From: Clostridia bacterium
GTDB lineage: Bacteria; Bacillota; Clostridia; HGM11514
Direction: 5' to 3'
Length of the DNA stretch: 64,000 nucleotides
Assembly (NCBI GenBank): GCA_045586685.1
Contig: JAZNAU010000025.1
Span: 1-64,000 of the forward strand
Made by a program: the position numbers and the translations under genes. Below the pieces are notes generated by a model. It had not been told where the DNA came from, did no database searches, and saw nothing but the letters and a program-made list of their open reading frames with translations. Below are positions 57,359-64,000 of the stretch, in pieces; the first letter of the stretch is position 1; each line of letters opens with the position of its first letter.

Positions 57359-58294
57359 ATGAAAAATAGATGGGTAAGGATTTCCAGCTCTGTTTTGGTA
57401 ACAGTGTTATTTTTTTATTATTTTTATAATACGGTTGATTTCGGTGAGATAGGAAAATATTTAAAAACTGTTCGATGGGGATGGTTGGCAGTGGCGGCAG
57501 GAGCTTATTGTCTTACTTATCCTGTCCGTGCTTTTCGCATTTATTATCTGACACGTAATTCAGGGAATTGCAGTTTTTTACAGATTCAGAAAATTTGCTT
57601 TCGTCATCAGTTTTATGGCAGAATTATCCCCTTTAAAGTGGGAGATTTATCTTTGGTGTATTTGCTAAGAAAAACAGGAGTATCCGTGGGTGAAGGTGGA
57701 GCTGTGCTGTTGTTGATTCGCCTTTTTGACGGTGTCCTCATTATTTTTTCTTTTTTATTGTGCAATTTATTTGTCAATATGACAGTGATTCCGAACTGGA
57801 TTTTGCTTTTGATATTAGCACTGGCGGTGTCCTCAGTCTTTTTAATTCCCGTTTTATTATTTCGTTGTTCTCCTTTTCTGCAAAGACTTTCCGAAAAATT
57901 GTATTGCGGAATTGAGCAGATTCGCGTTATGATGAAACAATCGGTAGCGACAACAAAAAATTTTCTGGTCATTGGATTGGTGAGTTTTGTCATGTGGTTT
58001 TTTGTTTATTTATCCATGCACGGAGTGGTATTGGCGTTTTCGCAACCCATTTCTTTTTTTGAAACAGTGGTAGCGTCCTTCCTTGCCAGTGCAGCTGCCT
58101 TTTTGCCTATCAACGGAATAGGGGGGTTTGGCATGGTAGAAACAGGCTGGACCTTAGGGTTTACACTTTTGGGAATGGAACATACAGCGGCACTTTCTTC
58201 AGGAGTGGTATCCAACACCATGAGTTTTTTGATCATTTGTTTATTTGGCATCATTTCTTACATCACGGGAAACAGGAGGTCTAAAAATGTATAA
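57359..58294 (+). CDS. Flippase-like membrane protein (lysylphosphatidylglycerol synthase TM / UPF0104 family)
   Basis: Multi-TM; RAFR, IIPFKVGD, RLFD, LPINGIGGFG.VE.G. Confidence 0.8.
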   Translation: MKNRWVRISSSVLVTVLFFYYFYNTVDFGEIGKYLKTVRWGWLAVAAGAYCLTYPVRAFRIYYLTRNSGNCSFLQIQKICFRHQFYGRIIPFKVGDLSLVYLLRKTGVSVGEGGAVLLLIRLFDGVLIIFSFLLCNLFVNMTVIPNWILLLILALAVSSVFLIPVLLFRCSPFLQRLSEKLYCGIEQIRVMMKQSVATTKNFLVIGLVSFVMWFFVYLSMHGVVLAFSQPISFFETVVASFLASAAAFLPINGIGGFGMVETGWTLGFTLLGMEHTAALSSGVVSNTMSFLIICLFGIISYITGNRRSKNV

Positions 58295-59840
58295 AATTAT
58301 GTTTTTTATGGAGGATAGGGAAGCGGTTCAAACTCTTACCGCCATGCTTCCGGAGGATTTTTTCCCGGTAGGCACATTTTCAGATGTGAATGAAGCACTG
58401 GATTATCTGGATAAGGACTGGACAGATGTGGTGATTATTGATACAGAGGTGCGTCAGGAATTGGGAATGGAGTTGATTCGAAAGTTGACTCGCAGAAAAA
58501 AAAGTCCCGATATACTGATGCTTTGCGATTATCGGGAAATGGAGTTTGCAAAGCGGGCATCTGAGTACGGTGTGGAATATTATTTGTTAAAACCGGTACG
58601 ACTGGACGAGTTTTCTTATGCAGTGTCATCCATCAAGTTAGAGCTTGACCGTCGGAATATTGCTCGATTGCAACACATCAATTCCTTAAATTTTGAGCAG
58701 TTTCTTCCTATTTTAAGGGAGCAGTTTTTCAGAGGTCTTGTTTCAGGGGAACATTTAAATAAAGATGACCTGTTGGAAAAACTGAATCAGCTCAAATTAG
58801 ATATTGATATTTATAATTTTCCCTGCGCAGTGATTGAGATACATATTTTGGAATTTGAGCAGTATATTAAAAATAACTGGAAATATGGGAAGGATGCTTT
58901 ATATACTGCTATTAAAAATCTATTGAATGACAGCGGAAGATTTTCTTATCAGGTTGTGGAGGCGAATAAAGGGCGATGCCGTTTTGTACTGATTGCAAAC
59001 GATGCATTAAGCCAGAGAGAGTTTCAGTTTGAACTGGAACAGCAGGCAGGAAGAGATACTGCTTCAGCCTTTTCTCTATTTGGTATCATGCTGTTAATCC
59101 GCCCTGTTGCCACCTTTGGAAACCTGATTGAGTTTGCAGATCAGATGCGGGGAAATCGGCAACTGGACGAAGTGTTGCGGATTCGGCATAACACTTCCAC
59201 TGAAACGGATAATATTAGCAAGATGGTTTCCTACCTGCGTCAGTCACGAGTGATGGATGCAAGAAAAATTGCAGGAGGTTACATGGAGGAGTTGACCACC
59301 TTTTCCGACAGGGATGTGGCACGGTTTTTGTTCCACATGACCATGATTATTTGTCAGCAGATGTTTCCCGGAGATGACCGTATACGGCTCAGAACCATTC
59401 AAATGCTTAAGGGTGTGGAACAGCGGGATCAGCTAAAGGAAAATCTGATTATTCTGTTGGAAGAATATTCCGAAGTTTTTCGCAGAAACCTGTATCGGTC
59501 AGATGAAGTGGTAATTCAAAAGGCAAAGCAATATATTTCGCAACATTGTCAGGAGGATATTTCTCTGGATGAAGTGGCGGAAAGTGTCTTTTTAACCCCT
59601 GTTTATTTCAGCCGTTTCTTTAAAGAAAAGACGGGAGAGAATTTTTCTAAGTTTGTCACCCGAATGAGGATGGAAAAAGCAATCGAACTGTTCCGTCACG
59701 GAAAGTATAAGATTTATGAAGTGGCGAAGGCTGTGGGGTATAAAAATGCCAAGTATTTTTCCAAGCTGTTTAAGGAATATACGGGTTTTTTGCCCAGAGA
59801 ATATGTCCGTACTGTTTTAGGGCAGGAGCGGGTAGAATAG
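58287..59840 (+). CDS. YesN-like response regulator with AraC output domain (degenerate receiver)
   Basis: Receiver-like N-terminus (VVIID, YLLKP); C-terminal AraC ISLDEVAE..YFSRFFK, VGYKNAKYFSKLFK. Confidence 0.88.
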   Translation: MYKIMFFMEDREAVQTLTAMLPEDFFPVGTFSDVNEALDYLDKDWTDVVIIDTEVRQELGMELIRKLTRRKKSPDILMLCDYREMEFAKRASEYGVEYYLLKPVRLDEFSYAVSSIKLELDRRNIARLQHINSLNFEQFLPILREQFFRGLVSGEHLNKDDLLEKLNQLKLDIDIYNFPCAVIEIHILEFEQYIKNNWKYGKDALYTAIKNLLNDSGRFSYQVVEANKGRCRFVLIANDALSQREFQFELEQQAGRDTASAFSLFGIMLLIRPVATFGNLIEFADQMRGNRQLDEVLRIRHNTSTETDNISKMVSYLRQSRVMDARKIAGGYMEELTTFSDRDVARFLFHMTMIICQQMFPGDDRIRLRTIQMLKGVEQRDQLKENLIILLEEYSEVFRRNLYRSDEVVIQKAKQYISQHCQEDISLDEVAESVFLTPVYFSRFFKEKTGENFSKFVTRMRMEKAIELFRHGKYKIYEVAKAVGYKNAKYFSKLFKEYTGFLPREYVRTVLGQERVE

Positions 59841-60103
59841 CTTTTGTGAAATATGACACAAGACATTTCGACGTCTTTTTATCACTTGTGACAAAAAAAT
59901 GATGGATTTGAGAAAAGTTGACCCGAAAAAGTTAAAATTTATTTACAAAAGTTGAAATTATGCCCTTTTTATTCATAGGGGTATTATGTTATAATAACAA
60001 TGATGTCTGAAATGGTTTTTGTTTACCGTGATAAAGACACAAAAAAACAAAAGCTACGGCTTGAAAAAAGTTAAGACTTTTTTAAAATTATTGGGAGGTG
60101 TAC

Positions 60104-61078
60104 TTGTTGTCTACTCAACAAACAGAAAATTTAAACATGCCGGAAAATTATGTACCCAAGCGGTATTCGGCGTGGCACATTTTTAAGAAGAACTGGACCT
60201 TGCTGTGTCTTTCTCTTCCGGCGCTGTTGTATCTTTTTATTTTCAAATACATACCTATGGTCGGTATTGTGATTGGGTTTAAAGAATTTAAGTACAATCA
60301 GGGTATGTTCGGCAGTGACTGGGTAGGGTTGAACAACTTTAAGTTCTTCTTTAAATCCTCAGACGCAGTGCGTGTTGTCCGTAATGCATTAGGATATAAT
60401 GCTTTCTTTATTGTATCCGGTATTGTTGCAGCGGTTATTATGGCGTTGCTTCTGTACGAATTATCCAATAAAATTTTGATTCGTTTTTATCAGATTACAA
60501 TGTTTATTCCTCACCTGCTTTCTTGGGTTATTGTTGCATACATTGTATTTGCATTCCTGAAAAAGGATTCCGGTATACTTAATCGGTGGGGTATGCAGTA
60601 CTTAGGTTGGGAGACTTCTATTGACTGGTACAATGATCCGGCTCCGTGGATATTTGTTATACCTGTTGCTCATATCTGGAAAGGTATTGGTATGAATGCA
60701 TTGGTTTATTATGCAAGCTTGATGGGCATTGATTCAGAGTACTTTGAGGCAGCTTCCATTGAGGGTGCAACCCGTCCTCAGATTACACGGTATATTACGT
60801 TGCCGTTCTTGTATCCTACCATTACCATTTTGTCTATCATGGCAGTAGGTAGAATATTTAACTCCGACTTCGGTATGTTCTATCAGTTGCCTATGGGCTC
60901 GACTATGGTACTGCCCACGACAGACGTTATTGAAACCTTTACTCTTCGTGCATTGCAGGAGGGTAGAATGGGGCTGTCTACAGCGGTTGGTTTGGTACAG
61001 TCTATCGTAGGATTGTTTTTGGTATTGTTTACAAACTGGATTGTAAAGAAAATCAATCCGGAAAATGCATTGTATTAA
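60104..61078 (+). CDS. Carbohydrate ABC transporter permease (LplB-like)
   Basis: FKYIPMVG, WVGLNNF, PHLLSWV, EAA loop YFEAASIEGA; start codon uncertain (60098-60107). Confidence 0.9.
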   Translation: MLSTQQTENLNMPENYVPKRYSAWHIFKKNWTLLCLSLPALLYLFIFKYIPMVGIVIGFKEFKYNQGMFGSDWVGLNNFKFFFKSSDAVRVVRNALGYNAFFIVSGIVAAVIMALLLYELSNKILIRFYQITMFIPHLLSWVIVAYIVFAFLKKDSGILNRWGMQYLGWETSIDWYNDPAPWIFVIPVAHIWKGIGMNALVYYASLMGIDSEYFEAASIEGATRPQITRYITLPFLYPTITILSIMAVGRIFNSDFGMFYQLPMGSTMVLPTTDVIETFTLRALQEGRMGLSTAVGLVQSIVGLFLVLFTNWIVKKINPENALY

Positions 61079-61097
61079 GAAAGGATGGTGAAATAGT

Positions 61098-61991
61098 TTG
61101 GCACAGGTAATCAGAAAATCAGAAAAAATAAGTAAGATAGTAATTCATGCTTTTTTCCTTATTTTGTCTTTGGTATTTATTGTTCCTATTTGGACACTGT
61201 TTTCAATTTCCGTTACTTCGGATTATGACATTGTATCTTATGGTTATCAGTTGTTCCCCAAAACGATTGACTGGGGTGCTTATGAGTACATATTTACCAG
61301 TGCTGCTGATATTTTAACCTCTTATAAGGTTACAATTATTGTTACTGCAGCTGGTACCATTTTGTCTACCATTGTCGGTGCAATGTGTGCGTACACCATT
61401 TCCAGATATGATTTCGCTTACAGAAGTAAGGTAACATTGTATATGTTCATTACAATGCTGTTTGGCGGAGGTATGGTTCCCAGTTATATTTTGAATACAC
61501 AGTATTTGCATTTGCAAAATACTTATTGGGCGATGATTTTGCCTGGAATGGTTGGCGTTTGGAATATCTTTATTATGAGAACCTTTTTCCAGCAGATTCC
61601 TTCTTCTATTATTGAATCTGCTACCATTGACGGTGCAAGCGAAATGAAGATCTTTATTAGCATTATTGTTCCTTTATCTACGCCTGCTTTGGCAACCATC
61701 GGCTTGTTGGAGATGCTGGGCTACTGGAACTCATGGATGCCTGCTATGCTGTATATTAGCGACCAGAGTTTGTTCCCTCTTCAGTATTTGTTACAGTCCA
61801 TGTTGCGTAATATGCAGGAATTTATAAAGAATGCTGAAATGACCGGTATGATGATGGATCTGTCATCAATTCCTATGGAAAGTATTCGTATGGCTATGGC
61901 TGTTTTGGCAGTAGGACCTATCCTGTTGATCTTCCCATTCTTCCAGAAATACTTTGTACAAGGTTTGACTGTAGGTTCTGTAAAGGGTTAA
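61098..61991 (+). CDS. Carbohydrate ABC transporter permease (LplC/YtcP-like)
   Basis: MLFGGGMVPSY, IIESATIDGA, YWNSW, FPFFQKYFVQGLTVGSVKG. Confidence 0.92.
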   Translation: MAQVIRKSEKISKIVIHAFFLILSLVFIVPIWTLFSISVTSDYDIVSYGYQLFPKTIDWGAYEYIFTSAADILTSYKVTIIVTAAGTILSTIVGAMCAYTISRYDFAYRSKVTLYMFITMLFGGGMVPSYILNTQYLHLQNTYWAMILPGMVGVWNIFIMRTFFQQIPSSIIESATIDGASEMKIFISIIVPLSTPALATIGLLEMLGYWNSWMPAMLYISDQSLFPLQYLLQSMLRNMQEFIKNAEMTGMMMDLSSIPMESIRMAMAVLAVGPILLIFPFFQKYFVQGLTVGSVKG

Positions 61992-62222
61992 TATTGAATT
62001 GAGCGAAAGGGGTAACGATAGCTGAAAATTTTTGAGGCATTGGTTACTCCTTTTTTGTTCCGTCAAAAAAGAAAAATTGAAGGCTTGTTATGAAAAAGGA
62101 ACATGGTAGACGGACATGAAAAAATAGTGAAAGATTGAAAAATACGAGGAGGGAATAGGGATACCCTGCCCAAACAAAACGGAACTTGTATTATTTCATG
62201 ATAAACAGTAAAGTGTGGTGGA

Positions 62223-63398
62223 ATGAGCATGACAAGAGTAGCCGTTATTGGCGGTGGAGCATCGGGACTTGCGGCGGCGATTTCTGCCGCGAGAAATGGA
62301 GCACAGGTGACTGTGCTGGAACGGATGGATCGGGTTGGGAAAAAGATTATGGCAACCGGAAACGGTCGGTGCAATCTTGCCAACATGGAACTGGATTTAT
62401 CCCATTACAGAGGGGACGAACAGTTTATTTCTAAAATATTTAACCGAGTTGGCTTAGAGGAAATTTTGGAGTTTTTCCGCCATATTGGTTTACTTGTAAG
62501 AACAGAACAAGGGAGAATTTATCCTCTTTCCAATCACGCATCTGCTGTGTTGGATGTACTGCGTTATGAGGCGGACAGACAGGGTGTAAAGCTGATGACG
62601 GATTTTGAGGTAAAAAGTGTTCGACCACGGTCTGAAGGGCTTGTGATTCAAGGGAAAGACAATACTCTTGTATTTGATAAACTAATTATTACAACTGGGG
62701 GAAAAGCTTCCCCTATACACGGCTCCAACGGAAGCGGTTATGATATTTTATCTTCTCTTGGGCATCGTATGACAAAGCTATATCCGGGTTTGGTGGGACT
62801 ACAATGTCCTTCTGAACAGATGAAAGGCTTGCGAGGGGTTCGTTTGTTTGCAAAGGCAACCTTGCTTTTAGACGGTCAGGTATACAGAAGCGAGGCGGGA
62901 GAAATACAGTTTAATGATACCGGCTTGTCCGGAATCCCCATTTTAAATTGCTCCTCTATTGCTACGTCCTATAAAGGAAATATTGAAATAGAGTTGGACT
63001 TGCTTCCTAACGAAACGAATGTGCTGGGATTATTACAGGAACGGGATAGAAAAAACCTCTTTACCGGAATGTTCCATAAGCAGATTGCCCAAAGACTGTG
63101 TGATAGAACTTGGGTGCCTGTTGATTCAATTCAGGAGGTGGACTTACCTTCTTTGGCAAAAGAAATTAAGACAATGAAATTCACCATAACCGGAACCTTG
63201 CCTTGGGAAAATGCTCAGGTAACAGTAGGCGGTGCTAAGACATCAGAATTCCGGGCAGGAACGCTGGAATCTTTGCTATTACCCGGACTTTATGCAGCGG
63301 GAGAAATTCTGAATGTGGACGGTGACTGCGGAGGATATAATCTGATGTGGGCATGGGCAAGCGGGATAGTAGCAGGTCAAGAGGCGGCATATGCTTAG
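62223..63398 (+). CDS. HI0933/BaiN-like flavoprotein
   Basis: IGGGASG, GKKIMATGNGRCN, TGGKA, AQVTVGG, GEILNVDGDCGGYNL.WAW.SG. Confidence 0.92.
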   Translation: MSMTRVAVIGGGASGLAAAISAARNGAQVTVLERMDRVGKKIMATGNGRCNLANMELDLSHYRGDEQFISKIFNRVGLEEILEFFRHIGLLVRTEQGRIYPLSNHASAVLDVLRYEADRQGVKLMTDFEVKSVRPRSEGLVIQGKDNTLVFDKLIITTGGKASPIHGSNGSGYDILSSLGHRMTKLYPGLVGLQCPSEQMKGLRGVRLFAKATLLLDGQVYRSEAGEIQFNDTGLSGIPILNCSSIATSYKGNIEIELDLLPNETNVLGLLQERDRKNLFTGMFHKQIAQRLCDRTWVPVDSIQEVDLPSLAKEIKTMKFTITGTLPWENAQVTVGGAKTSEFRAGTLESLLLPGLYAAGEILNVDGDCGGYNLMWAWASGIVAGQEAAYA

Positions 63399-64000
63399 GG
63401 TTACAAATATTAAATTAGGTGTGGAACAACCTGCGGAACAGCTTTGGACACTGGCAGAGAAAAAGTTGAAAACAAAGATTTTATCCTTGCGAATTGCCAA
63501 ACGGTCAGTGGATGCCAGAAAGAAAGAGGATTTGAAATTTGTCTATTCGGTAGATGTTGAAGTGGACAGAGAAGAACGGTTTTTGTCCGTACCGGATGTT
63601 AGTCGGGTGGTGCAAAAAACATACTTCCCTCCTATTTCAACATTGGAGAAGCGTCCTGTTGTGGCAGGATTTGGTCCTGCAGGAATGTTTGCGGCACTGA
63701 CTCTGGCACAGGCAGGAGCAAGACCTGTGGTGCTGGAAAGGGGAAAACCCGTAGAACAGCGAAAACAGGATATTCACAGCTTTTGGAGTGGTGGAGAGTT
63801 GTATCCTGAATCTAACGTTCAGTTTGGAGAAGGAGGTGCCGGAACTTTTTCGGACGGAAAGCTGACCACCGGCATAAAAAGTCCGTTTTCACAGCATATT
63901 TTACAAAGTATGGTGCGATTTGGTGCACCGGAAGAAATATTGTGGCAGAATAAACCTCATATCGGTACCGACCGACTGGAAACAATGGTAAAGGCACTCC
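63391..64000 (+). CDS. FAD-dependent oxidoreductase, 5' part (runs off window)
   Basis: Read directly from ATG 63391: MLRVTNIKL..RSVDARKK..VAGFGPAGMFAAL..ERG..SNVQFGEGGAGTFSDGKL..KPHIGTD. Confidence 0.9.
   Translation, partial: MLRVTNIKLGVEQPAEQLWTLAEKKLKTKILSLRIAKRSVDARKKEDLKFVYSVDVEVDREERFLSVPDVSRVVQKTYFPPISTLEKRPVVAGFGPAGMFAALTLAQAGARPVVLERGKPVEQRKQDIHSFWSGGELYPESNVQFGEGGAGTFSDGKLTTGIKSPFSQHILQSMVRFGAPEEILWQNKPHIGTDRLETMVKAL

Noticed and set aside
1-64000. Prophage, IS, retron, DGR or known defence system
   Set aside because: No integrase, transposase, reverse transcriptase, capsid or recognisable defence domains; remaining short ORFs are shadows of confident genes

Overview
Chromosomal, mostly core-genome DNA of an endospore-forming Clostridia bacterium (sigG, ytvI, spoVFAB, SpoIID/LytB and GerMN proteins, SCIFF locus); finer taxonomy cannot be fixed from sequence alone. 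About 68 CDS: aspartate-pathway genes (lysC, hom, apgM-like, ddh), darA-holB-yaaT-ferredoxin-yabB, a Crp/Fnr gene divergent from nrdD-nrdG-dut-flavin reductase/rubredoxin, queA-tgt, aroK-nfo-like-aroQ-peptidase-efp, a 1259-aa secreted beta-helix protein, tsaE-tsaB-rpiB, a gtrA/gtrB-like cassette, nifS-nifU, coaX, lexA, thiT with a TPP riboswitch, type III glutamine synthetase, truA, scfA-scfB, carbohydrate ABC permeases and two flavoproteins. Five tRNAs: Leu(CAG), Asp, Phe, Gly, Cys. Two small genes absent from the ORF track were read directly (ferredoxin 10035-10205, scfA 54360-54506). I see no CRISPR array, transposase, integrase, prophage or recognisable defence system. Best candidates for undescribed biology: (1) a self-contained module at 15.68-16.22 kb made of a promoter, a ~165-nt highly structured RNA with alternative pairing, a terminator and a 96-aa orphan ORF; (2) an apparent NrdR to Crp/Fnr to nrdDG regulatory cascade; (3) a TIM-barrel isomerase/acyl-CoA synthetase fusion. 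All product calls come from motif recognition by eye; no database searches were run.
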